Below, one piece after another: positions 37,956-46,667 of a DNA stretch of 64,000 bases. The number at the start of each line of letters is the position of its first letter. Position 1 is the stretch's first letter. The position numbers were made by a program, and so were the translations under genes. The stretch is from Bacteroidaceae bacterium (GTDB lineage: Bacteria > Bacteroidota > Bacteroidia > Bacteroidales > Paludibacteraceae), in contig CAVEIE010000009.1 in NCBI GenBank assembly GCA_963615895.1, positions 1,455 through 65,454 on the forward strand, read 5' to 3'. The notes beneath the pieces are model-generated. The model was not told the DNA's origin, did no database searches, and saw only the letters and a program-made list of their open reading frames with translations.

Positions 37956-38069
37956 TTACTCTCTGCCGGTGATGATAGACCACAGCCCGATAAAGACGAT
38001 ACCGACAGCAAAGAACGGCAGTGCCAACAACTGCCGCACACAATAGACCGCACGCTTAATCTTGGACAT
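37956..38069 (-). CDS. Very small TM protein (37 aa; holin-size candidate)
   Basis: MSKIKRAVYCVRQLLALPFFAVGIVFIGLWSIITGRE has a single TM segment. It overlaps the upstream gene end by 14 nt. Confidence 0.3.
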   Translation of the reverse strand: MSKIKRAVYCVRQLLALPFFAVGIVFIGLWSIITGRE

Positions 38070-38451
38070 CGCTCTCTTTCTCTTTCCTGTTGCTTTTCTT
38101 GGCTTTCTTGGTTGCCGAGATAGGGCAGTCAATGCGTATGCGCTGCGGACAATTCTCCCGAACACACGAGTAGTCTTTGAGCGTAGCCCGTAGGCTGACC
38201 ATTTCGTTGGTCAAATCGTGCTGACGCTTATAGAGTTCGTCTATCTTGTCGGAGAGCCGTCGGTTTTCCGACTTGACCTCTTGATACAACTCTTTCCATT
38301 GGGCAATCTCATTGCTTTCGCTCTCCTGCTTTTTGATTTCCACCTCTACCTCTTTCATTGCCCGGTTCTGCTTGAAGTAGATGATACTGCCACCCCCTAC
38401 TGCTGCGAGCAGGGAGCATACTGCCGTGACGATGACTTGTAACCATTCCAT
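38056..38451 (-). CDS. N-terminal-TM coiled-coil protein (i-spanin/holin-like lysis accessory)
   Basis: It has the TM segment VIVTAVCSLLAAVGGGSIIYF, a long charged coiled coil, and a basic C-terminal tail containing Cys. Confidence 0.45.
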   Translation of the reverse strand: MEWLQVIVTAVCSLLAAVGGGSIIYFKQNRAMKEVEVEIKKQESESNEIAQWKELYQEVKSENRRLSDKIDELYKRQHDLTNEMVSLRATLKDYSCVRENCPQRIRIDCPISATKKAKKSNRKEKESDVQD

Positions 38452-38457
38452 AACTGA

Positions 38458-38877
38458 CTATCGTTTCAAATATACTCTGATTAAAATTCGTATTGCTGCG
38501 CCTATACCGAGTAAGGCAACTAATATCCAAAAAGCAAGCGACACGCCCTTGTAGTAGGTCGGCACTACCTCCCGTATCTCCACATCGTGTTTCTGCGTGG
38601 CCTGGTAGATAGTGTCGTGCCGCTCCACTATCTTGTCCCGATAGCGGATTGACCACCGCTCACGCCACACCGTGTCGCCTTTTGAGTGGATGTATATGCT
38701 GTCTTTCTCGTAGGTCTGTATCGTGTCGTGCAGGTATCTTGTTACAATACTGTCCCGATACTCCGTCACGGGCAGGCAGGTCGTAGTCTTGCAACCCGCA
38801 AGCAGGCAGCATAGCATAAAACCGATAGCAAAGCCTGCTATCGCCATTAACGCTCTGTATAGTCCACCGTTGTCCAT
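38458..38877 (-). CDS. Unimolecular-spanin-like protein (N-terminal lipobox plus C-terminal TM)
   Basis: It has the lipobox LLAGC after a signal-like segment and a C-terminal TM segment (AFWILVALLGIGAAIRILI), followed by basic residues. This is the same topology as T1 gp11-type u-spanins. Confidence 0.5.
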   Translation of the reverse strand: MDNGGLYRALMAIAGFAIGFMLCCLLAGCKTTTCLPVTEYRDSIVTRYLHDTIQTYEKDSIYIHSKGDTVWRERWSIRYRDKIVERHDTIYQATQKHDVEIREVVPTYYKGVSLAFWILVALLGIGAAIRILIRVYLKR

Positions 38878-39014
38878 TATTTTTTGTATTTGTTGTTTGT
38901 TATTCCATTTTTTTGTCTTACCTTTGCAGTGAGGAATGAGGTTTATGCTCCTGCCTCTTCAGCGAGAGGTTCTGCTCTTGCGAGTTTATAGTCGAGGTTC
39001 TGCTCGACTATTTT

Positions 39015-40580
39015 TTATGTCTGCCACCTGCCAATGCCATAAGTTAGTCCTTGGGTATCATTGCGAGTTTTCCGTGCCATAAACGGCAGATAACCTGTTA
39101 CCCACTCGTCATTCCGCTGAATACGCACTCCGCATTTCTTGTTGAATAAATAGAAGTGGTAATCTTGGTGTTTGGTTTTGAACACATCTATAATCGAGGT
39201 GACAGTACTATCTGACACTTGGCACACCTGCCATACATCCTTGTTGGCTGATAATGTTGCAAACGCTGTTTCTTGGTATAGTTGCAAGGGAACAGCCTTT
39301 TGGCATACCGAAGAACCGCTTGGTTTTATATGAGGCTCTTTCCAACCTATCGTTCGGCGGCGACCTTTGGTGCTCCGTTTTAGGTTGCTATAGGTGGAAT
39401 ACCTGTTGTTGCTCCTCACATAACGAAACAGAACCACATTGTCCGTGCTTTTGATATACCCTGTGTCGCAGATGATATAGAGTTTCCCTGCAAGGCACAT
39501 CAACTCGACATGAGGTTGCACACGCAGACCGTCCACATACATCTCCAAGTACTGAATGGTTGAGCCCAACTCCTCGCCGTTGAGGTGCAGTTTGGCGGGG
39601 TCGTCCTCTGCACCGACATACACATCGCCCGCAAGCAAACGCAACGCAGTCGTAGCCGTCAGTTTGCTTTCCTCTCCTGTGAGAGTTAGTCCTTTGCCGC
39701 CGAACTTGCACTCGGTGGAGGTGGATTTCAGACGCACACCCATTGAGCCTGTGGCGGCATTCTTGAGTGTGGTTTCACCAGGAGTGATTGTAAGGACTTC
39801 TTTTGTATCGCTGCCTGTTGTAGTGTAATCGGACGCTGTCTTTATACTGATTTTGGACGGATGTTTGATTTCCATACTACCGGAGGAAATATCGACATAT
39901 TTGTCATTTGCGCTCCTGATATTGGCACGGTCACTGCCCAGGGTAACCCGAGTATTACTATCGAATGGAGATTTTATTGTGGTCGTATCACTACTGAACT
40001 CTGCCGTTGATGTACTACCGCCACCAAATATCTCTATTCCCGCCTTGTTGTTATCTGGATTAAGGGCTTTGAGAACAGTGTTACCTCTATTATCTTTTAT
40101 GAGTACATTGCTACTGTCTGTTACCACAGCCGTACTGCCTGTACTGATACTGCTGTGCGTATGGTTGGTATTGGCTTTGCCTGCCAAGCCGTTATTGACT
40201 GCATTACAGGTGGGTATCTTGGTCGTGCTGTCTATGGTGTCTGATATGTTGCGGAACTCACCATTGCCCTGCACGACGACACCTGCTGTGCCGAGTGTCC
40301 CTGTTCTTTCCATAAAAAAGCCCTCTGTTGCCTGCAATGGGCTTTTAAGCACGACAGCGTCGCCGCTCGAACCATTATGTATGGCATACACATCCAAGTC
40401 GGCTGTTACTACTGCGGTTGCGTTGTCAATATTATGTCTGCCCATATCCAAGTCTCCGCTCATCGTGTCGCCGTCCTTGCTGACCTTGCCGCTGACCTCA
40501 ACGACCAACGCGCTGATAGCCGTTTTGAGTTTCAGCCACAGAGCGTCAAGACCTGTCGTGTCGAGAAATGATTTTGCCAT
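39015..40580 (-). CDS. Fibre/spike-like protein (521 aa)
   Basis: The start MAKSFLDTTGLDALWLKLK was chosen by analogy with the 198-aa paralogous N-terminus. It has a long T/S/G/N-rich beta-type middle region. Confidence 0.5.
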   Translation of the reverse strand: MAKSFLDTTGLDALWLKLKTAISALVVEVSGKVSKDGDTMSGDLDMGRHNIDNATAVVTADLDVYAIHNGSSGDAVVLKSPLQATEGFFMERTGTLGTAGVVVQGNGEFRNISDTIDSTTKIPTCNAVNNGLAGKANTNHTHSSISTGSTAVVTDSSNVLIKDNRGNTVLKALNPDNNKAGIEIFGGGSTSTAEFSSDTTTIKSPFDSNTRVTLGSDRANIRSANDKYVDISSGSMEIKHPSKISIKTASDYTTTGSDTKEVLTITPGETTLKNAATGSMGVRLKSTSTECKFGGKGLTLTGEESKLTATTALRLLAGDVYVGAEDDPAKLHLNGEELGSTIQYLEMYVDGLRVQPHVELMCLAGKLYIICDTGYIKSTDNVVLFRYVRSNNRYSTYSNLKRSTKGRRRTIGWKEPHIKPSGSSVCQKAVPLQLYQETAFATLSANKDVWQVCQVSDSTVTSIIDVFKTKHQDYHFYLFNKKCGVRIQRNDEWVTGYLPFMARKTRNDTQGLTYGIGRWQT

Positions 40581-40634
40581 AGTTGATTTTCTTTTTGTAA
40601 ATGCAGGCGAACCCAATCACCTGCACCCTAATGC

Positions 40635-41231
40635 TTACGACAATGCGTTGATATAGGTCGTCGGGATGGCGACAACATCGTCGGGCTGCAATGCCGTGTC
40701 GGCTAATGCCCCTTGTGCGGTGGTGGCGGCTTGAACATTCACTTTCTTGTTCGTGATGGTCAAGTCCGTGCCGTTGAACTGCACACCCGTCAGAGGTACA
40801 CGGGCGTCAATCTTGCTGTTCAGGTCGGATGACTTGACATAAGTGCTGGCTGCGTCCGTCTTCGTCAGATAACCGGACAGGTCAATGGTCGAACCTAACT
40901 CCTCCCATTGTGTGCCGTCCCATACATACTCCGCCGACTTTTCCGTGACATGATACACATCACCCGTATTGTTGCCCGAAGTAGGGAGAGCAGAGGAGGT
41001 CGCTACCGTCCCTTTGAAACTCAATACACTGCCTAATGCGGTGATTTTACTGTTCACCTCGCTAATTTTACTGTCAACACTCGTCTTGTTGTAGTAGTTC
41101 GCTGCAAGGTCATCCGCTACCTCCGTAGCCTTTGCTTCGGCGGCGGACTGCGCTGCTGCAGCCTGCGCTTTCACTTTCGCCCAAAACGCATCAACACCCG
41201 CTTGGTCGAGAAACTTTTTAACTTCTGCCAT
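40635..41231 (-). CDS. Fibre-like protein (198 aa)
   Basis: It has MAEVKKFLDQAGVDAFWAKVKAQ at the N-terminus, an Ala-rich coil, the motif GDVYHV...YVWDG..WEELG, and AIPTTYINALS at the C-terminus. Confidence 0.5.
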   Translation of the reverse strand: MAEVKKFLDQAGVDAFWAKVKAQAAAAQSAAEAKATEVADDLAANYYNKTSVDSKISEVNSKITALGSVLSFKGTVATSSALPTSGNNTGDVYHVTEKSAEYVWDGTQWEELGSTIDLSGYLTKTDAASTYVKSSDLNSKIDARVPLTGVQFNGTDLTITNKKVNVQAATTAQGALADTALQPDDVVAIPTTYINALS

Positions 41232-41253
41232 AATTCTGTTTGTTTGAGTATAA

Positions 41254-41499
41254 TTATTCTAAATTGTTAATGTAATCTATCGGTATCGCATCTGCCTGTC
41301 CCTCCGCTATCTCGGCGAACTTCAACATAAGGTCAGTCTGGTTCTCAATACTACCGCCTATCGTTCCCCACACACCTATCACCTTGTAGTCTTCTGCCGT
41401 AAGGTGCAGGTCATTGTCCGTGTCAGCAGTGAAAGCAAGAGGCTCGGCAGCACATATCTCCACATCGAATTGCCCTATTTCAGCCAATACATCTGCCAT
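41254..41499 (-). CDS. Small structural-module protein (81 aa)
   Basis: It contains WGTIGGSIENQTDL and the C-terminal AIPIDYINNLE, both shared with neighbouring genes. Confidence 0.45.
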   Translation of the reverse strand: MADVLAEIGQFDVEICAAEPLAFTADTDNDLHLTAEDYKVIGVWGTIGGSIENQTDLMLKFAEIAEGQADAIPIDYINNLE

Positions 41500-41502
41500 G
41501 CA

Positions 41503-41841
41503 TTAGTTTTTCAAAGAAGTGGAACGCACGGTCGCATAGTTCTCGTCATACATCATCTGCTCTTTGTTCTCCGTGTCGTACACCTCGAATATCACTTTCC
41601 CTGTCTTGAGTTCTGCGGTCTGCTCGGGCGTAAAGTCGAACACACAAGCCACTACCTCCGTCATTACTCCGTCTATCTCCTGCTGCTCTGTGGCGGCTTC
41701 CTGCGTTACATCTGCACGCCCCTCCTGCTTGCTCGGAGAGTAGTAGAGCACGGCGGTGTAGTTCTTACCTGTGACAAGCCCGCTTCCGTACACCCGTATC
41801 TTACAATGCACGCCTTTGTTGATTATGTTCTGTGTCTTCAT
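41503..41841 (-). CDS. Hypothetical structural-module protein (112 aa)
   Basis: Tightly packed ORF with ordinary composition. Confidence 0.45.
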   Translation of the reverse strand: MKTQNIINKGVHCKIRVYGSGLVTGKNYTAVLYYSPSKQEGRADVTQEAATEQQEIDGVMTEVVACVFDFTPEQTAELKTGKVIFEVYDTENKEQMMYDENYATVRSTSLKN

Positions 41842-41842
41842 A

Positions 41843-42649
41843 TCAGAATGGGATTTTTAGGAGTTCCTTGCCGTCGGCATCAACTAACTGCCAGTAATTA
41901 TTTTTCGCGCCATCTATCGTCATCTGCACAGCGAACGCACCCGACAAACCATATAGTTTCTCAAGGTACACTATGATGTCCTCCGTAAGGACTATATCGA
42001 ATGTAGGAACGGATATGAAAGGCTCTGATAGGTTCACAATCCTGTCGTAGAAACGCATAAGACACGGCTTGAAATACTGCTTGTGTAGCAACGATTGGGT
42101 ATCGTCGGTGTAGAACAACGGAGTGCCATCGGCGTAGAATTTCACATAACCACCCGACCACCTACTAAGTTTCTTTGCGGCTTCGTCGGTAGTGGCGGTT
42201 TCAACACCGTTTGCCAAAGCATCATAGTATTCGATTAAGAAGCCTCCTATACTTTTTGATATTATCTCAGGGAACTGCGGTATGCCGTCTTCGTTATTTT
42301 TGATTGGTACTCTGAGTGTTAAAGCACATAAATCCCAAATTTCGCTAATTTCCACGGAGAGGGTATTCTGCAATGTTTCCAAGTCGGACTGCACGGTCTG
42401 GGCTGCCGATAAGGCTTCGCTTGCGGTGCTTTGCGCCGCCTCTGCTGCTGTAGAGGCGGTATGGGTTATCTCCGAGCGGACTGCTGCAAACTCTGCTGCC
42501 AAATCGGTCTGGTTGGTGAGGTTGCCTGTAATCTCTCCCCACATAACATCGCACTTGGTAGTATCGTACCGACTGGTGCAGGTAGCATTATGCTCGCAGT
42601 AGGCGCACATACGAGGGTCTTGTTCTAATGAGCATTGGGTAGTTATCAT
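41843..42649 (-). CDS. Hypothetical structural-module protein (268 aa)
   Basis: It has an N-terminal Cys cluster followed by WGEITGNLTNQTDL and an Ala/Ser/Thr coil. Confidence 0.45.
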   Translation of the reverse strand: MITTQCSLEQDPRMCAYCEHNATCTSRYDTTKCDVMWGEITGNLTNQTDLAAEFAAVRSEITHTASTAAEAAQSTASEALSAAQTVQSDLETLQNTLSVEISEIWDLCALTLRVPIKNNEDGIPQFPEIISKSIGGFLIEYYDALANGVETATTDEAAKKLSRWSGGYVKFYADGTPLFYTDDTQSLLHKQYFKPCLMRFYDRIVNLSEPFISVPTFDIVLTEDIIVYLEKLYGLSGAFAVQMTIDGAKNNYWQLVDADGKELLKIPF

Positions 42650-43320
42650 TGCAGTATAGTAGTTTTCTTGGTTTCAAATTCGTCTGCAAAAGTCTTGGCT
42701 GCATTAGCGTCGCCCAGTATCTCCTCTACATACATCGCACAGATAAGCACGATAAAGTCCTCGATATACGACTGCACATTCTCGGCAGAGATATGGCTGT
42801 CGATATAATACAAGACAACGGGCATGGTAAACATATTACCGCACTGACAGCAGCCACAGCCGGTGGGGTAGGAATAGAGTTCGAGTTCGGAGGTGTCGGG
42901 TGAATAGACCACCACGGGTTTGGCACAACCGCCCCGTGTATGAGCGTTCTGCTGCAAGAGGTAGAGCGGGTCGGCAGTGGAGATAAACATAGTAACATCT
43001 CGCTCCCATATATCTGCGTCATCGTGCAAGCGTATGAGCCGCCAATACTCGTCAATGTTGGCAATATGCCCCACACCTTTCTTATCAACCGAAGCAGTGG
43101 TACTCCATTTTGTTACATCTCGTGCAAGCAAAGTGAGCGGTAGATTGTTCAGACAGAACCAAGCGGCTTTGTCTAAACACTCGTCTATATAGGACACGAT
43201 AGGCTTGACCTCTTCGTAGTCGGTGTCGCCGGCGGCGGCAATGAACGAGGAGGGCTCGTCGAACGGACTTATCTCGTCCAACTTCGCCTTGACTGCGAGT
43301 ATGTAATTGGCACGGGTCAT
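42646..43320 (-). CDS. Hypothetical head/neck-module protein (224 aa)
   Basis: It overlaps the next gene by 4 nt and is the first gene after the repeat array. Confidence 0.45.
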   Translation of the reverse strand: MTRANYILAVKAKLDEISPFDEPSSFIAAAGDTDYEEVKPIVSYIDECLDKAAWFCLNNLPLTLLARDVTKWSTTASVDKKGVGHIANIDEYWRLIRLHDDADIWERDVTMFISTADPLYLLQQNAHTRGGCAKPVVVYSPDTSELELYSYPTGCGCCQCGNMFTMPVVLYYIDSHISAENVQSYIEDFIVLICAMYVEEILGDANAAKTFADEFETKKTTILQ

Positions 43321-43336
43321 ATCTGCTTTCTGCTTT

Positions 43337-43475
43337 GCGTATGGTCGGCTTGCGCTTTATTTTCGCTATCGCGTATTTTCGCTGCGCGTATTTTCGCTGT
43401 CGCGTATGGTTGCTGAAGCGTATTTTCGCACTTCGTGCGTATGTTCGCGTTGCGTAGGGTTGCTGCGCGTAGGGC
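43337..43475. repeat. Degenerate tandem array, 15-16 (19) nt period, about 9 units built on GCGTA(T/G)(T/G)(T/G)T(T/C)GC
   Basis: GCGTA starts at 43337, 43371, 43386, 43402, 43418, 43437, 43452 and 43467. A GCGCT variant lies at 43352. Confidence 0.85.
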
Positions 43476-43480
43476 TGTAA

Positions 43481-43855
43481 TTAGAGATTGGGGAATGAGA
43501 TATTCAACTCTTCGGCTGCCTGACGGATTGCCTCTTTGCTCTTGAGGCTGTCGGCAGCGGCGTGGTACTTGGAAACAAGTATGTCTTTGGCGTCCTGCGA
43601 CTTGGTAACCTCCGGGTAAGCGGCTGCGTAAGTCTTGGGCTCCTCAGTAGGCGTGTCGGACGGCTCTACCTGCTCGGTGATGACCGTACCGAAATGCGGG
43701 TGGCGGCGGATAGCGGCTACCAACAAAGGGGCGCTCACGGCAAAGATACCATTGTAGTACGGCTTGTCGCGCGGGACAAAACGAATACGGTAGATAGCCC
43801 CGTTCACCCGCATAGAGGTGGAGAGATTGGGAATAGTGGATAGGAAAATAGCCAT
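43481..43855 (-). CDS. Hypothetical protein downstream of the capsid gene (124 aa)
   Basis: Compact ORF in the structural string. No motif recognised. Confidence 0.45.
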   Translation of the reverse strand: MAIFLSTIPNLSTSMRVNGAIYRIRFVPRDKPYYNGIFAVSAPLLVAAIRRHPHFGTVITEQVEPSDTPTEEPKTYAAAYPEVTKSQDAKDILVSKYHAAADSLKSKEAIRQAAEELNISFPNL

Positions 43856-43930
43856 AGTAGTAGCGTGTTAAGGGAAAAGAATAGAGGACGGCGGCGTGCC
43901 GCCCTCTACTCCGTTCACAGGGTTAATCTA

Positions 43931-45343
43931 TCAGGGACGAGTACCCTCCTTGAAAATCCACAGGGCGTGTGCCTTAGGATACTTAACGACAGGAGCGGAC
44001 ATCTCGCACCATACACGGCTGTTACCGTCGTAAGTACCAGTCTTCTTCAACTCAAGAACGGTCTCCTCCATAGAGCGATAAACACGACGCTCGATGTATT
44101 GACGGTCGAGTATCAACGCCCAGTTGCGATACGATGTACCTGCTTTGTCCATCTTGTCGAACAACGGGTGGTGATAGAAACGGATGTTGTAACCCATAAG
44201 GCTCAACTGCGAGAAATCGTAATTGAAAGCACGGAACTCCTTAATAGTTACCATCTTGGTAATGTCCTTGATACCCCAAATAGCCGGTGCTACATTGCAA
44301 CCCATATAGCCGTAACGGGTGTTGCTGCCTGAGTTACCGATAAAGGTATCGTTGGTAGCAGCCAACAGGTCGGAGAACTCGAGGTCGCCCTTGTAGAGTT
44401 CGACAACCGTAGAGCCGCCCAACATCATCTGTTCGATAATACCCGAGCAGGTACGAGTGTAACGCTTCTCGGTCGGGTTGAAAGTATAGGACTTGACAGA
44501 GAATAGATACGATTTCTCAATATCCTCCAAAAGTTGGTGAACGATAACCTCATCCACATCATTTTCAGTCCAATTAACCTCTTTTGCGGACTGTTGGAAT
44601 ACGGTACTTACTTGCGACTGTACCATGAACTTCTGGATGTACTGCTCATCCGGAGTAGGCAGCGAGAACCACGGAGTGGTGCTTGCGTCTTCCTCTGCAA
44701 CAGCGTGACCAAGGTTAGCAATGTAAGTATTGGCTCCGATTGTCAAATTCTCTGTGCCGGTAGCGTCGGTTTTGCCATTCAGGAACTGAACGGTGATAGT
44801 CGTTGCGTCCTTAATCTCCAATACCAATGCATTGAGGTTTACATTAGGCAGTTCTGTGAATACACCATTCTCTACCTTGTAACCGGGGATACCTGCGAAA
44901 ACAATTTGGTCGCTTTCGTCAAAAATATATGCGTCCACAACCGTGATGTCGGTCGGTTTCGGAATGGTGCGGTCGAGGTTCTTGCCGCTTATTTTTTGCT
45001 CTGCGCTACCCGTTGCACCATCGACTACGCGCAAGTCAACGCTCCAATGCTTGAACACGGTGCTGTTTACCTTACGAGAACCCATGTCTCGCATCATCGC
45101 ATTAATAGGGGTCTGCGACCAACCCATTTTCACAATGTTCTCATCGCTCTGGTCGCGAAAAAGTCCGGGGGCTATTGTGCGAGTTAAGTCTTCGCTCAAT
45201 CCTGCACTGCCATTAGCCGCAGTGGTAAAACTGCCTTGACCATGGATACCTACACCCTCAGAGCCCGCTCCTGCCTGTTGAGACATTGTACCTGCGCCCG
45301 GTTCTGTTCCAGTGGTCGCAGGATTTACATTTGCTTGTGCCAT
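43931..45343 (-). CDS. Major capsid protein candidate (470 aa)
   Basis: It lies directly after the scaffold-like gene. The size and G/A/T-rich N-terminal extension fit HK97-fold capsid proteins. No search was run. Confidence 0.5.
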   Translation of the reverse strand: MAQANVNPATTGTEPGAGTMSQQAGAGSEGVGIHGQGSFTTAANGSAGLSEDLTRTIAPGLFRDQSDENIVKMGWSQTPINAMMRDMGSRKVNSTVFKHWSVDLRVVDGATGSAEQKISGKNLDRTIPKPTDITVVDAYIFDESDQIVFAGIPGYKVENGVFTELPNVNLNALVLEIKDATTITVQFLNGKTDATGTENLTIGANTYIANLGHAVAEEDASTTPWFSLPTPDEQYIQKFMVQSQVSTVFQQSAKEVNWTENDVDEVIVHQLLEDIEKSYLFSVKSYTFNPTEKRYTRTCSGIIEQMMLGGSTVVELYKGDLEFSDLLAATNDTFIGNSGSNTRYGYMGCNVAPAIWGIKDITKMVTIKEFRAFNYDFSQLSLMGYNIRFYHHPLFDKMDKAGTSYRNWALILDRQYIERRVYRSMEETVLELKKTGTYDGNSRVWCEMSAPVVKYPKAHALWIFKEGTRP

Positions 45344-45378
45344 AATTCAGTTTTTGTTTGGTTTATAGTTTTGGTTGA

Positions 45379-46140
45379 TTATAAATTACGCGCTCTCACT
45401 CCAATTTCTGCCATACGGGACAATGGGTTGTTTTGCGCTTTTCCGCTTCCTGCTGCTGACGCTCCATTTGCTTGCCCATCCGAACCTGCAGCCGATTTCT
45501 TTCGCTGCGCTGCTATGTTTGCATTACGCCCACGCACCTCAGCTGCTTCTACGGCATTATCATAGTCTGCCATTTTGAGAAAGGAGCGCACTTGTTCTTT
45601 ACATTGTTCAAGGGTCTCGCATGGATTATTAAAGACGGCTTGCAATGCCTCCAATGCTGCCTCTGGGTCTGCTACCCCTTGTTCTTGGCACACCTCCTCG
45701 AATGCCTGCTCACGGAGAGATTGCGTTTGCTCGTCTTTTGCTTTCTTAGCAACTGCTTCCTCTTCTTTTTTCTTACGGTCTGCAAGGTATTCCTCGTCTC
45801 CGTAATTCTCGTCTGTAATGTACCGTTTTAAGTCAGGCGGGAGGTTGCGCAATGCTCCGGCGGGATTGCCGTCTTTGCCACGCGTAAATATCTCGGCAAA
45901 GACACCTGCAAGGTCTGGATTTGCTATTAGAATACTTTCCAATTCCTCTGCCTCTGCACTATATCGTTTTGCTGCATCATGTTCTGCGTCATACCCGCTC
46001 ATAGAAAGGTCGTATAACTCCTCGTCCGATTTATCATCGCCATATTTGCTGCGCAGATTTGTACGCCACTTGTCAAAATTAGGCGTTTGCGACGGCTCTT
46101 GCACTGTCGGTGCTTGTGCTTGTTCGTTTTCTCTTGCCAT
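45379..46140 (-). CDS. Scaffolding-protein candidate (253 aa)
   Basis: It is highly charged (E/D/K/A-rich), predicted helical, and sits upstream of the capsid candidate. Confidence 0.45.
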   Translation of the reverse strand: MARENEQAQAPTVQEPSQTPNFDKWRTNLRSKYGDDKSDEELYDLSMSGYDAEHDAAKRYSAEAEELESILIANPDLAGVFAEIFTRGKDGNPAGALRNLPPDLKRYITDENYGDEEYLADRKKKEEEAVAKKAKDEQTQSLREQAFEEVCQEQGVADPEAALEALQAVFNNPCETLEQCKEQVRSFLKMADYDNAVEAAEVRGRNANIAAQRKKSAAGSDGQANGASAAGSGKAQNNPLSRMAEIGVRARNL

Positions 46141-46169
46141 AGTTGTAACTATTTAATAGATTTTGGGGG

Positions 46170-46261
46170 CAAAGATAGTAGTAAGAATACATAAATCATA
46201 TTTACTTATGATACTATTTTTGTTAATTTTGATACTATATCGCAAAATTATTGTATCTTTG
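46170..46261. promoter_or_regulatory. Divergent promoter region
   Basis: CAAAGATA (46170-46177) is a minus-strand TATCTTTG box 30 nt from the scaffold ATG. TATCTTTG on the + strand lies at 46254-46261. TGATACTAT direct repeats lie at 46209 and 46230, 21 nt apart. TAATTTTG (46224-46231) and CAAAATTA (46243-46250) form an inverted pair. Confidence 0.5.
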
Positions 46262-46268
46262 CGCAGAG

Positions 46269-46667
46269 ATGAAACCTAATACCGTCATAGAGCAACGAAA
46301 TGAAGCATTGCGAATGCTCCATAAGAAAATCATTGCGGAAAGTCGCGGTATTTGCTATCTTAATCGTCAGTCGATTGTTTCGTTCATTCACGAGCAACCT
46401 GCTCCCCGTTTCTATATAACACCATTTACCGCTCGTCTATATATAAACAACAACAATCAGCGCGCAGAAAAAGGCGAGAAGCAAGAGATGATATTAGACC
46501 TGATAGAGACATACCATAGATTGCGCCGAGAGTACCCCAATGCCCCCAAAAAATGGTTGTATGAGGTGGTTGTGGAGCAGCCTGCCAAATCGTTCTATAT
46601 GTCAAAACACCGAATAGAGGAAATAATCTTTAATTACTCAGGAAGAAATGGAAAGTCCAAAAAATGA
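46269..46667 (+). CDS. Hypothetical protein (132 aa) upstream of the terminase
   Basis: The ATG lies 8 nt after the -7 box. The protein is basic and helical. It could be a DNA-binding or small-terminase-type protein, but this is unproven. Confidence 0.45.
   Translation: MKPNTVIEQRNEALRMLHKKIIAESRGICYLNRQSIVSFIHEQPAPRFYITPFTARLYINNNNQRAEKGEKQEMILDLIETYHRLRREYPNAPKKWLYEVVVEQPAKSFYMSKHRIEEIIFNYSGRNGKSKK

Noticed and set aside
39853-40656. A 267-aa plus-strand ORF antisense to the fibre gene.
   Set aside because: It is an extremely Leu/Ser/Val/Pro-rich repeat-like product mirroring the T/S/G/N-rich fibre sequence. It has no start context or promoter.
43337-43475. Considered whether the tandem array is a CRISPR array or a minisatellite coding repeat.
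   Set aside because: The units are only ~15-16 nt and contiguous, with no unique spacers, so it is not a CRISPR array. No ORF spans it, so it is not a coding repeat. It is kept as an iteron-like repeat finding instead.
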